In this document: positions 1-9,204 of the stretch, piece after piece
Layout: every line of letters starts with the position of its first letter
How positions within the stretch are numbered: the stretch's first letter is position 1
Assembly (NCBI GenBank): GCA_964391935.1
Contig: CAYMOA010000002.1
Coordinates: forward strand, 995-64,994
DNA from: an uncultured Candidatus Saccharibacteria bacterium
Lineage (GTDB): Bacteria > Patescibacteriota > Minisyncoccia > Phycocordibacterales > UBA5272
Length of the DNA: 64,000 nucleotides
Direction: 5' to 3'
Position numbers and translations under genes: made by a program
The notes under the pieces: generated by a model
The model's input: the letters and a program-made list of their open reading frames with translations, nothing else
The model's database searches: none
What the model was told of the DNA's origin: nothing

Positions 1-186
1 CTCAGGAATATTTTAAACGACCCAGAACAAATAATCGAATCAGAACTTGTTGTAGAAATATTTGGCTCCACAAAAGAAAAAGAAGTGGAGAAACAAAAAA
101 GATTAGAAGCTCAGGAAAAAAAAGAACGGGAAAAAACTATTGAATTGAAAGAAGAAAAAGAAGAAGAGTTAAAAGAAGCGGCGTAG
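1..186 (+). CDS. C-terminal fragment of an upstream gene (partial, Lys/Glu-rich tail); product unknown
   Basis: Open frame runs from the window edge to TAG at 184-186 (…RNILNDPEQIIESELVVEIFGSTKEKEVEK…). No start is in the window. Confidence 0.3.
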   Translation, partial: LRNILNDPEQIIESELVVEIFGSTKEKEVEKQKRLEAQEKKEREKTIELKEEKEEELKEAA

Positions 187-189
187 AAA

Positions 190-672
190 TTAAAAATCTT
201 CGTTATCGTGAATACCTGTTTCAAAATCTTCTGGAACTTTATTTTTATTATTTTTTATATTTTCTTTATCGAGATGTCTTTGCAAAATAAGTGCCGCGGC
301 TCGGTCGTCGACAGCAATATGTTTACCAAGATTATTTTTCCCTTCGTCCAAACTACGAGCATGTTTAGAAGTCATAAATTCTTTTTCATACACAAAAGTT
401 ATTTCCCCATTTAAAATACGAGCTTCATATTTTGCTTTCATATTATCCACAAACTTTTTAGTTTCAGCAAAAATATCATTATGTTCCCCTTTACTATTTA
501 CTGACTCACCAAAGACAACACGCTCGAACAAAACATTGTTCAGCATTTGGTCTATCTCAGTTTCCAGGTTTTCTGTAGGTACAACTTTAAAAGGAACAGC
601 GATTGTGCCTTTGTCATCACTCACTGCTATTCCACATTTTTTTGAACCAAAGTCTATTGCGAGGTATTTCAT
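190..672 (-). CDS. ruvX: Holliday junction resolvase-like protein RuvX/YqgF
   Basis: 160 aa. N-terminus MKYLAIDFGSKKCGIAVSD has the RNase H-fold YqgF signature (LGxDxGxKxxGxA). Length is typical. Confidence 0.85.
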   Translation of the reverse strand: MKYLAIDFGSKKCGIAVSDDKGTIAVPFKVVPTENLETEIDQMLNNVLFERVVFGESVNSKGEHNDIFAETKKFVDNMKAKYEARILNGEITFVYEKEFMTSKHARSLDEGKNNLGKHIAVDDRAAALILQRHLDKENIKNNKNKVPEDFETGIHDNEDF

Positions 673-720
673 AACTGCATTCTACCATAAAATTCCATTT
701 ATCATGCTAGACTTTTTTAG

Positions 721-1290
721 ATGCAAGTTTCATTCGTTATAGTCGCTTCACTATTAGCAGTACTTGGAAATTTGAAATATTTAAGAGATGTTTTCTCCGG
801 GAAAATCCAACCTCATGCCTATACCTGGTTTGTCTGGACTATTGTTTCTTGTATAGTTTTCTTTGGCTCTCTCTCAAGGGGAGCAGGGATCGGCGCCATA
901 CCAATATTAATATCTGAGTTGTTCACAATAGTCATATTTATTTTTTCATTAAAAAATGGTTTTAAAAATGTTGAAACTATAGATCATATATTTTTAATAA
1001 TTGCCCTTACTGGTTTAATCCCCTGGTATTTAACGTCTGACCCCACAATTTCTGTAATTGTCGCAGTAGCAATTGATTTTACAGCTTTTATACCAACTAT
1101 CAGGAAAACATTTTTACGACCTGAAAGTGAAAATTATATTTTGTATATTACAAATGCTTCTCGACATATTTTAATTTTACTGTCTGTTGACACTTATAAT
1201 ATAGCAACTACTCTGCACTCTATTGTCATGATAATGTTAAATTCGATTATGACTTATCTAACTGTATTTAAAAAGAGAAATAATAGATAA
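721..1290 (+). CDS. Hypothetical polytopic membrane protein
   Basis: 189 aa. Multiple hydrophobic helices. No motif recognised. Confidence 0.5.
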   Translation: MQVSFVIVASLLAVLGNLKYLRDVFSGKIQPHAYTWFVWTIVSCIVFFGSLSRGAGIGAIPILISELFTIVIFIFSLKNGFKNVETIDHIFLIIALTGLIPWYLTSDPTISVIVAVAIDFTAFIPTIRKTFLRPESENYILYITNASRHILILLSVDTYNIATTLHSIVMIMLNSIMTYLTVFKKRNNR

Positions 1291-1357
1291 TTGTCCTTTT
1301 GCTCAAGACAGGAAGTTGCATTTTTCCGGTTTTCGATTCCTTTGTGCCAAGTACGAA

Positions 1358-1398
1358 ATAAATTTTAAAACCCACATACGTGGGCTTAAAATTTATTT
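1358..1398 (-). terminator. Rho-independent terminator downstream of the tRNA (reads as a hairpin on both strands)
   Basis: Minus-strand GCCCACGTATGTGGGT stem followed by TTTTAAAATTTATTT. Confidence 0.45.
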
Positions 1399-1399
1399 G

Positions 1400-1471
1400 T
1401 GCTCGAGACAGGAATCGAACCTGTATCGTAGGTACCGCAAACCTATATTCTATCCATTGAACTACCCGAGC
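1400..1471 (-). tRNA. tRNA-Arg (anticodon read as GCG)
   Basis: Manual fold of the 72-nt sequence. Acceptor GCTCGGG/CTCGAGC with discriminator A, D-stem GTTC/GAAT. Anticodon stem TAGGT/ACCTA with loop TTGCGGT (U33, G37). T-stem ACAGG/CCTGT with loop TTCGATT. No encoded CCA. Confidence 0.6.
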
Positions 1472-1496
1472 AGTGGAGAGTATTTTAACACAAAAA

Positions 1497-1530
1497 AACA
1501 CTTTTGTAAAAGTGCTTTTTTGATTTTATA
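1497..1530. terminator. Bidirectional rho-independent terminator
   Basis: AACACTTTTGTAAAAGTGCTTTTTTG. The stem is flanked by A-run and T-run, so it works on either strand. It sits between convergent units. Confidence 0.5.
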
Positions 1531-1547
1531 AAATGAGTAATATTTAA

Positions 1548-1736
1548 TTAAACGATTTCGAATTTTTGCAGGAGAACATAAACACCAGAAAGACCAACAA
1601 GTGCGTAAACAAGTGTTTCTAGAGCTGGCATCATTCCAAAGATCATGTTAACCAAGTTAATACCTAGTACCCCAAGTCCCCAGTTCAAAGCTCCGATAAC
1701 TACTAACCACCATGCGATTGTTCCTATAGTTTGCAT
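1548..1736 (-). CDS. DUF378 family small membrane protein
   Basis: 62 aa with two TM helices. Pattern WWLVVIGALNWGLGVLG…ALVGLSGVY is typical of DUF378/YuzA. Confidence 0.7.
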   Translation of the reverse strand: MQTIGTIAWWLVVIGALNWGLGVLGINLVNMIFGMMPALETLVYALVGLSGVYVLLQKFEIV

Positions 1737-1833
1737 ATATATGTTTTTGTCCTCAAGGAAATAATTATTCGCTTGAGTTATCTAAAGTATAAGCATTTAA
1801 CCCCCTAGTGTGCAAGTGACTTTTCCCCCACCA

Positions 1834-3003
1834 CTACTTTTTTAACTTATAACTCTTATACTTGTAGAAATACACAACGGCAAGGTTTACTAAAAATGTT
1901 AGAAATAATAGGACTCCGAAATAGACAACTCCAACGGTAGTAATTTTTGGATAGGTATCACGAATCATATAGTTGATTATCCCCGCAACCACGCCAATCG
2001 TAGTGATAAGTGTAAGTGATGAAATAGAAGACTTGGTACTTTCTGTTTGCAGCACACCGAGTGTTTCGTTAGCAGAGTTCAAATAATTCTTGGTCATAGC
2101 CCAAAGACTTTTTATATAGTCATGAGTGTCGAGTAGAGTTTCAAATTTGTATTGAAGAAGTGGTTGCAAGTCTTTATGGGTTTGTGTGAGGTCAGTAAGT
2201 TTTTGTCTAGTCTTTAGATAGGTTGGCATCTGGTTTATACGCGCTTCTATCAGAGTAATAGTTTTCCCTTCTTCTTGCAATTCTTCCCTTATTTTCAAAA
2301 TATCTTTACCTCTGATACTTTCTTTTTCTTTTATTAGTTTTATCTTTTCCCAGATCTCGCGGTGGATGTGCAGGTAACGTGCCATCTGAGTTTTGAATTC
2401 TCGGAAAAATATTTCTGTCTCCGCAAAGACATCAAACATTTCTTTGATGTTTTGGATTACCATTACTTTTTTACCTTTAAAAACTGATACCCCACTTTCT
2501 GTTATTTTTGAGTTGGGAGTATCATTTAATTTTTCAAAAATTTCTTTTATGAATTTATCTTTCTTTACACCTTCACTTTCGGATTCTACTTCTAAAATAA
2601 ATGGGTAAACATTCTCGATCTTTGCTAGCTCCTTGGGAACAGGTGCCCCACGAGAAAAAATATATGAGATTGATGTAGACAAATTGTTTTCATAAAAACT
2701 TTTTATTTTCTCTATTTCTACTTTTAATAATTTTAAATCACTTGTATACAACTCTTGTTTTAAAGTGATCAATCCGTCTTCGGTGATTTTTAATCGTAAA
2801 TTACCTTTTAAGCTAACTTCTATATATTCTATTTCATCACTTACTCTTTCGAATTTTTGAAGACTTAAAGTTTTTAAATTTTTCTGGAGGATTTTTTTAT
2901 CAAGTCCTATTAAATCTTTGCCAGCAAAAAAACTATACACTTCTGTTAAATGAAGTGTTGTTCTCTGAAACCAACCACCGATTGTAATTGACTTGATATT
3001 CAC
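1834..3003 (-). CDS. Hypothetical protein with C-terminal transmembrane anchor
   Basis: 389 aa. Soluble coiled-coil-rich body with two C-terminal TM helices. Weak resemblance to DUF155/RMD1-like; not confirmed. Confidence 0.45.
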   Translation of the reverse strand: MNIKSITIGGWFQRTTLHLTEVYSFFAGKDLIGLDKKILQKNLKTLSLQKFERVSDEIEYIEVSLKGNLRLKITEDGLITLKQELYTSDLKLLKVEIEKIKSFYENNLSTSISYIFSRGAPVPKELAKIENVYPFILEVESESEGVKKDKFIKEIFEKLNDTPNSKITESGVSVFKGKKVMVIQNIKEMFDVFAETEIFFREFKTQMARYLHIHREIWEKIKLIKEKESIRGKDILKIREELQEEGKTITLIEARINQMPTYLKTRQKLTDLTQTHKDLQPLLQYKFETLLDTHDYIKSLWAMTKNYLNSANETLGVLQTESTKSSISSLTLITTIGVVAGIINYMIRDTYPKITTVGVVYFGVLLFLTFLVNLAVVYFYKYKSYKLKK

Positions 3004-3020
3004 TTACCCGAGTTTAACAT

Positions 3021-3800
3021 CTAACTTCTCAGTTTCCAACCAGTTTTAAAGATCCAAACAGTGATGCCGAGAAAAATTATCGCAAGAGATGTGAGTACGG
3101 TGAGCCCAAGTAAAATCGAAGAATCATTTTGCCCCGTGAGAGCATAACGTATACCGTCTGTTGCATAAAATAGTGGATTGAGATGAACCAGAAAACGCAT
3201 ACTTTCTGGTAACATCGACACTGAGTAAAATGCCCCACCAAGAAATGAAAGTGGTGTGATCACAAAGTTAGTAATGATCCCAAACTTTTCAAAACTATTG
3301 TCCGCCCAGATGCCAGCCACTATCCCCATCAGACCAAAGACAAATGAAACTAATAAGACATAGAAAACCAAGAGTAATGGATGTTCGAAAGTGTTTACAC
3401 CAAAAGCGATCCCTACAATAGAAAGTGCAACCATGATAGCAAGACCTCGGAAAAGTCCATTAACTATGAGAGACAAAACTAGTTCAACATAGGAAATAGG
3501 TAGAGTGAGAAAGTCTTCTAAAGTTTTCTGGAACTTCATAAAATAAATAGAAAAAGAGGTTGCAGAGAAAACAGCAAGTATCAAGTTCATGGTAAAAATA
3601 CCAGGAAAAACAAATGAAATATATTTGATACCTTGGATATCACCGATACGTGGACCAACAATATATCCGAAAATAAAGATGTAGAGAGAAGCGGTGATTA
3701 GCGGTGCAACAATCGCTTGTACTACTACTCGTTTGTTTCTATAAACTTCTCTTTCAATAAGAGTGAAAAATGGTGTAAGTCTGATTAATATATTTTGCAT
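3021..3800 (-). CDS. ABC-2 type transporter permease
   Basis: 259 aa, six predicted TM helices. Directly downstream of the ABC ATPase. Confidence 0.7.
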   Translation of the reverse strand: MQNILIRLTPFFTLIEREVYRNKRVVVQAIVAPLITASLYIFIFGYIVGPRIGDIQGIKYISFVFPGIFTMNLILAVFSATSFSIYFMKFQKTLEDFLTLPISYVELVLSLIVNGLFRGLAIMVALSIVGIAFGVNTFEHPLLLVFYVLLVSFVFGLMGIVAGIWADNSFEKFGIITNFVITPLSFLGGAFYSVSMLPESMRFLVHLNPLFYATDGIRYALTGQNDSSILLGLTVLTSLAIIFLGITVWIFKTGWKLRS

Positions 3801-3804
3801 GAAT

Positions 3805-4527
3805 TTATTTGGTTATTTCGATATATTTATTTTCTAATTTCCCGCCTTCCATGGCCGTTTTCATTTCTTCATCGTAGAGAATATTTCCATCTTTTATAAT
3901 CACTACACGCTCACACATTTCTTCTATTTCTTCTAAGTAGTGAGATGTCAGGATCATGGTTTTTCCTTTGGCTTTCAGAACTCTCAAATATTCCCAGATA
4001 GCACGTCGTGTTTCCACATCCACCCCTGCTGTTGGCTCATCAAGAATTATTATTTCTGGGTTATAGATTAGTGACTTGGCAACAATAGTCCTTCTTTTCA
4101 AACCCCCAGAAAGAAATTGGAATCTTTTTTTCCTGTGTGGCTGCAACTCAAACACATCCAGCATCTCTTCTATTTTTTTATTTCTTTCCTCTCCAATAAT
4201 CCCAAAAAACCCAGCCTGGAAATAGAGTACATCTTCGACTGTTTGAAAAATATCAATATTGAACTCTTGTGGAGACAAACCGATTTTACTTCTGGCATTT
4301 TTATAATCATCAACCACATCATGACCAAAAACCTGGATAGTCCCAGATGTTGGTTCAGAAACACCGGTGATACAGTGGATTGTGGATGTCTTCCCAGCAC
4401 CGTTTGGACCCAGGATTCCTACGAACTCCCCACGTTTGATCTCCAGGTTTAAACCCTTTAATGTCAGGTGTTCCTTTTTATTATTTTTATATATTTTAAC
4501 TAAATTTTCTATTTTGATCGCTGTCAT
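3805..4527 (-). CDS. ABC transporter ATP-binding protein
   Basis: Walker A GPNGAGKTS, signature LSGGLKRR, Walker B IILDEPTAGVD. Confidence 0.85.
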   Translation of the reverse strand: MTAIKIENLVKIYKNNKKEHLTLKGLNLEIKRGEFVGILGPNGAGKTSTIHCITGVSEPTSGTIQVFGHDVVDDYKNARSKIGLSPQEFNIDIFQTVEDVLYFQAGFFGIIGEERNKKIEEMLDVFELQPHRKKRFQFLSGGLKRRTIVAKSLIYNPEIIILDEPTAGVDVETRRAIWEYLRVLKAKGKTMILTSHYLEEIEEMCERVVIIKDGNILYDEEMKTAMEGGKLENKYIEITK

Positions 4528-4529
4528 AT

Positions 4530-5066
4530 TTATTCTTTCTTCATTTCGATCATTCCCATATAGTCTTGCTTGCCGATGTTCGCTCCTTTATGACGCAATA
4601 TGCCATAGGCTGTTACAAGATGAAAGAAAGTATTTTGTATAACATAGTCTCCCATATATGAGTGGGCATCAAAATACATCCCCTCTGGAATCCAACCAAG
4701 TTTAATTTTCATCCCTGCAGGGTCAGCTATTTTTTCTGGGTCGATAGTTAAAACAAATTCTCTCGTCTTTTTTATTCTTTCTATTAGATCAGAAAAAGTT
4801 TTTTCTGTATCTGAAAACGCTGGCTTCTCAACTTGTGCGGCACGAGCTATCCCACCTGCAACATTGTCAGCAAATATTTGAAATTGTTTTTTTAAATCAA
4901 ACATGTCTGGTGCCAGTCTTTCAGCCAATAATTCTTCTTCGGTTATATTTTTTTCTTTTGCAAAGTCAGCTCCTTTTTGTAAAAGATGAGTGGCAGTATC
5001 GCAAGCACGGAGTAATGCGTGATGGATAAATTTGTAATTTTCTTTTGGGTTTGTATTCATATGCAC
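4530..5066 (-). CDS. DUF1993 family protein
   Basis: 178 aa. Conserved C-terminal pattern MYFDAHSYMGDYV…FFHLVTAYGILRHKGANIGKQDY is characteristic of DUF1993. Confidence 0.6.
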   Translation of the reverse strand: MHMNTNPKENYKFIHHALLRACDTATHLLQKGADFAKEKNITEEELLAERLAPDMFDLKKQFQIFADNVAGGIARAAQVEKPAFSDTEKTFSDLIERIKKTREFVLTIDPEKIADPAGMKIKLGWIPEGMYFDAHSYMGDYVIQNTFFHLVTAYGILRHKGANIGKQDYMGMIEMKKE

Positions 5067-5097
5067 TCAGTCTAACACACCAGTCAAGATTTACAGA

Positions 5098-6579
5098 TTA
5101 CAGCGGTAATGATACAAAAAATGTTGATCCTTTTTTCTCTCCATCACTTTCTACCCAGATTTTCCCACTGTGTGCCTCTACCATTTGTTTACACACATAA
5201 AGTCCTAGTCCTGTCCCGTCTGGTCTAGTTTTCTTGGCATTTTCTAATCTAGTAAATCTTTGGAAGAGTTTGTCTAACAATTCCTTTTCAATACCAATTC
5301 CAGAATCCTTTACACTCAATAATACATTTTTTTCTTTTACAACTACAGCCACATCTATGTCATTACTAGAATAACTGATTGCATTGTCTAGTAGGTTAGA
5401 AATGACTTCGGTAATTTTCGAGACATCACAGTTTACGATTGGGAGATTTTCAACTTCTTTAAAACGAATATTTATGTTCGTATCACGAACTTTTTTGAGC
5501 AACCTTTTTTCATCAATCAAAGTTTTAACTAAAGTTCCCAGATCCGTATTTGTCTTATTTAAAACCATATTTTTATCTTCGGCTTTTTTGGCTGATAAGA
5601 ACTGGGCAACAGTTTCTGACATTCTGTTTGCTTCTGTATTAATGACATTTATAAACTTTGCTTCATCCCATAATTTGTCTTGGAACATAGAAATTGAGGA
5701 TTTAATAATGGAAACCGGTGTATTTAGTTGGTGGTTGACTAGGTGCAGAGTTTCTTCTTTCACTTTTAAGAGTTCTTCTAACGTCGATTTTTGAGAAGCA
5801 ATTTTTTTGTTTGCAATTTCCAAAGTCTTAGAATTATTTCGCCAAGAAAAAATCAAAATCAAAATCAGGATCGTAATTATAAATGATAGGAAAGAAATGA
5901 ATATAAGAAAGGGACTTAGTGTCTGACTAGTGATTGTGAAAAAATCGTCCGCTTTGATATCGGTAGCGAGAACTGCTACGGTCTTTCCATTTGAGTCTTT
6001 AATAGGAGCATAACCAGTCAATACTGTCCCATAGTCATCTGTGTAAAGTTCTGCAGCGGTTAATGGGCCATTATATGAAGCTTTTGTTTCTGGAATATCC
6101 ACTGCCTCTGGGTACATCTGACCAGGCCATTGCAATTTGTCTGGACCATCAGGTTCCACCTTACCATCTCTATTTACATCAACATACTTGCTTGTGTCTG
6201 TACCCATATTCACATATGGGTTTATAGAATCAGCATCTACCACAAATTCCATATCTATAGGATCATCTGTAGGATTTGGTGTATATCTAAAGATATACAT
6301 ATATACAACGTCATCATTACTATATTTCGAAGCATGCAGACTTTTTACTATTTTTGTCCACTCTGGTTTTTGCCAATCACTTTCTACCCTGAGTTCTTTT
6401 AAATCATTTGCATCTATATTGGCTGCCGCAGTGATAGAGATAGACAAGAGTCTTTGTCGCAAATTTTCATTTAAAATTTCACTTGTTTGATTATATAGAA
6501 CATAGGAAGTTACAACAACCAAAACTATTATAAAAAATAGAACGAATAAACTTAGAATTGTCGAAAAGTATTTATGCAT
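5098..6579 (-). CDS. Sensor histidine kinase (N-terminal TM, extracytoplasmic sensor domain, second TM, HisKA+HATPase_c)
   Basis: H-box HQLNTPVSIIKSS, N-box LLDNAISYS, G-boxes DSGIGI and GTGLGLYVCK. Confidence 0.8.
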   Translation of the reverse strand: MHKYFSTILSLFVLFFIIVLVVVTSYVLYNQTSEILNENLRQRLLSISITAAANIDANDLKELRVESDWQKPEWTKIVKSLHASKYSNDDVVYMYIFRYTPNPTDDPIDMEFVVDADSINPYVNMGTDTSKYVDVNRDGKVEPDGPDKLQWPGQMYPEAVDIPETKASYNGPLTAAELYTDDYGTVLTGYAPIKDSNGKTVAVLATDIKADDFFTITSQTLSPFLIFISFLSFIITILILILIFSWRNNSKTLEIANKKIASQKSTLEELLKVKEETLHLVNHQLNTPVSIIKSSISMFQDKLWDEAKFINVINTEANRMSETVAQFLSAKKAEDKNMVLNKTNTDLGTLVKTLIDEKRLLKKVRDTNINIRFKEVENLPIVNCDVSKITEVISNLLDNAISYSSNDIDVAVVVKEKNVLLSVKDSGIGIEKELLDKLFQRFTRLENAKKTRPDGTGLGLYVCKQMVEAHSGKIWVESDGEKKGSTFFVSLPL

Positions 6580-6599
6580 ATTTAGAGTATATTCGCAAA

Positions 6600-8432
6600 T
6601 TAGACATCTAACAACTTTTCAAGTTGTTCATTAGGAACATCCTTGAGGAAAAACGTCAGTTTAGGTCCAGATTTAATCCCAAATAAAAGCTCGTAAACGA
6701 GCAGGAAAAATTTTGCTTGTCGGTTTTTTAAATCAGTTTTGGACTCTTCTCCCATTTTAGGTAAATCATAAAGTGCTTTTTTGAATTCCTCATAACTTAG
6801 GTTATCTTTATCCTTTAGAAGTTCCGACAAATTATGTACCAAATCCATCTCAGTTTGGCTCATTGAGGAGATATAGTCAACATTTGGAACATCCAGCAAG
6901 GAACAAAAACTGTCATCTTGCAATTTAGCATACCTCACATCTGTTACATTTTCTTTTATCAATTGTAAGTCGAGATAAATATTGTTGGCAGTATTATTCG
7001 TATTTTCATCTTTTTTTTCTTTTTGTGTTTGCATCCTCAAGATTTTGTAAACTTTTTTGAATTGCATTTCAGTATAAAAATCGAAATTTGGTATTATCTT
7101 TTCCACATTGATAATCGGTTTAACTACATACTCATAAATTTCCCTTTGGGGTAAAGTAGGTTTTGCAATTGTATTACCATTTATACTGATACAAGACGCA
7201 CCTTCACCATAACCACCATATTGGTTAACTCCACGTTCTACGCCCAGAGAATGCAAATGTGTGTTATGGAGGAATACGGCTTCGATTTTCTCTTTTGAAC
7301 CTAGACTTTTATTTAAAAAATCTAAAACAGATTTACTTGTTCCAAAGAGAGAAATATACATCGAATTATGTGCATAAAGAGGGTTTTCAAAATACTCATT
7401 TAAGTCTTCATCTTTTTCATATTTTTGTACAAATACAATAGGTGAAAAAAGTTCTGTGAAATTACCTCCCAAAGACAAATCCTTCTCAATTAAAGTTGGA
7501 TAAAGTAATGATTTTTTAGTATCAATTATGCCACAAAGATTGTTGTCCAAGAATTTATAATTATCAACCAACAATTCTTGTACTCGTACTAAATCTTCCA
7601 AATCGTTTGTTGGACCTACAGTACATTCTCTATCGCTATACTCTCCTACCTTAAGGAGATTTATTCCTTTTTTAAGTTCTAGAATGAATTTTTCATATAT
7701 TTTCTTATGAACCAAAATGGAATTAGGGGCTGCACAGTCCTGGCCCTGATTATAAAACTGCACAGATATAACCGCTTCTACAGCATTTTCTATATTTGCA
7801 TCATCACTTACAACTACTGGGTTATGTCCTGAACCATTGGTAATAAAAAGAGTTCTTTTATCGAAAACTGTTTTTAATTGTTCTGCGTGACTAGTTTTAC
7901 CAGTGAAGATTACTACATCTGTTACTGGCCAAGTTTCCCCAGTTTTGGGGTCGACCCTCAAGGCTGATCTCTCAGTTAAAAACTCGAGTCTTTCTTTTTT
8001 TGATACAAAAACATTTGGGAAAAGTTTTTGTATCTCGAGAACTTCTAATAAATCCCCAAAAAAATGTTTCATTGAGTGTGGTATGCGAAAATGTACTTCT
8101 GTAGACATGAGTGAAGGTACAATCACGAAACAGGAAAATGCATATAGTGGTTGGTTTCTAGGTAAAAAAGTAGTTGTTGGACCAACTCGTAATTTAAAAT
8201 ATTCCTCATTTTCTTTTAAATTACGTAGTAAGTCCAAAGCTCTGTCAGTTTCATCACTTACAACTTCATAACTCTCATACTTTAAAAGTATATTAGATAT
8301 TTGCTCAGACTTTTCTTCTATGATGTCCGCAAGTTTATTTGCTAACTGGTTCACTCTATCAAACTCTATTTCTGAGTAAAGTAGAGAAGGTGAAATTTTC
8401 TGAGTTTCTGCCACTAACATTTTATTTATCAA
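6600..8432 (-). CDS. Aldehyde dehydrogenase family protein with ~170-aa C-terminal extension
   Basis: Catalytic-Cys region FYNQGQDCAAPNSILV matches the ALDH motif F-N-x-GQ-x-C. Also VIFTGKTSHAEQL and NGSGHNPVVV. 610 aa. Confidence 0.6.
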   Translation of the reverse strand: MINKMLVAETQKISPSLLYSEIEFDRVNQLANKLADIIEEKSEQISNILLKYESYEVVSDETDRALDLLRNLKENEEYFKLRVGPTTTFLPRNQPLYAFSCFVIVPSLMSTEVHFRIPHSMKHFFGDLLEVLEIQKLFPNVFVSKKERLEFLTERSALRVDPKTGETWPVTDVVIFTGKTSHAEQLKTVFDKRTLFITNGSGHNPVVVSDDANIENAVEAVISVQFYNQGQDCAAPNSILVHKKIYEKFILELKKGINLLKVGEYSDRECTVGPTNDLEDLVRVQELLVDNYKFLDNNLCGIIDTKKSLLYPTLIEKDLSLGGNFTELFSPIVFVQKYEKDEDLNEYFENPLYAHNSMYISLFGTSKSVLDFLNKSLGSKEKIEAVFLHNTHLHSLGVERGVNQYGGYGEGASCISINGNTIAKPTLPQREIYEYVVKPIINVEKIIPNFDFYTEMQFKKVYKILRMQTQKEKKDENTNNTANNIYLDLQLIKENVTDVRYAKLQDDSFCSLLDVPNVDYISSMSQTEMDLVHNLSELLKDKDNLSYEEFKKALYDLPKMGEESKTDLKNRQAKFFLLVYELLFGIKSGPKLTFFLKDVPNEQLEKLLDV

Positions 8433-8763
8433 TATGCATCAAAGCAATTCCAATAATTGTTGTAGCAATCCCTATATATTTGTACATAGATGTTGAGGCC
8501 CATTCGCCAAAAAAAACTAATCCTACAAAAATCGTACACAGTGTAAGAGCACTGTCTAGAGTAGCAGCTCCTACAGATACACCTACTTTTTCTACTACTA
8601 AACCAAAAGTGATGAAAACAACTGGTGAAAGTACAAATATTAGTGGCAACCACCAAGTGTATATTTTATTTGGTTGCTCTGCCCAGATTGCACTTACAGT
8701 GTTGGCTGCTACTGCAACTCCCACCGCAAATATGATTAATCCCCAAATATATATTTTTTCCAT
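8422..8763 (-). CDS. Small DMT/EamA-like (4-TM) membrane protein
   Basis: 113 aa with four hydrophobic helices. Overlaps the ALDH gene end by 11 nt. Confidence 0.45.
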   Translation of the reverse strand: MEKIYIWGLIIFAVGVAVAANTVSAIWAEQPNKIYTWWLPLIFVLSPVVFITFGLVVEKVGVSVGAATLDSALTLCTIFVGLVFFGEWASTSMYKYIGIATTIIGIALMHIDK

Positions 8764-8778
8764 AACTTTTTTAAATGA

Positions 8779-9204
8779 TTACTTCTTTGACAGAATTTCA
8801 CTTACCTTTTCTACCAAGTCTTCACCAGAAAAATCAACTTTCTTTAGATATGCAGATGCGCCCATATTTATGGCCTTATCTATACTTTCTGCACTTCCAG
8901 AATTAGACCAAACGATTACTTTTACGTTTTGTTTACCTTGGTCAATAAAGTTTTGGTGAATGGAATTGAGAACATCATAACCATCCATTTCTGGCATCAT
9001 GATGTCTAAAAGTACAACATCTGGGGTATCTTTTGATAGACCTTCTAATAATTCCAAACCATTTTTAAATGATGAAACTGCATACCCTGCTTTTTTAAAT
9101 CTCTCGGAGTAAATTTCCACCAAAGCTTCCTCGTCTTCTGCGATAAAGATTTTTAGATTGTTCATAACTACTAATATGGTAGCAACTTTTAAATTATTAG
9201 TCAA
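8779..9204 (-). CDS. Single-domain response regulator (CheY-like receiver)
   Basis: KIFIAEDEE…LLDIMMPEMDGYDVL…VIVWSN…GASAYLKK gives phospho-acceptor Asp, T/S and K of the REC domain. Confidence 0.8.
   Translation of the reverse strand: MTNNLKVATILVVMNNLKIFIAEDEEALVEIYSERFKKAGYAVSSFKNGLELLEGLSKDTPDVVLLDIMMPEMDGYDVLNSIHQNFIDQGKQNVKVIVWSNSGSAESIDKAINMGASAYLKKVDFSGEDLVEKVSEILSKK

Noticed and set aside
5384-6490. Plus-strand ORFs inside the histidine kinase gene (5384..5794, 6130..6402, 6137..6490)
   Set aside because: Embedded antisense to a kinase with intact H, N and G boxes. They are shadow ORFs.
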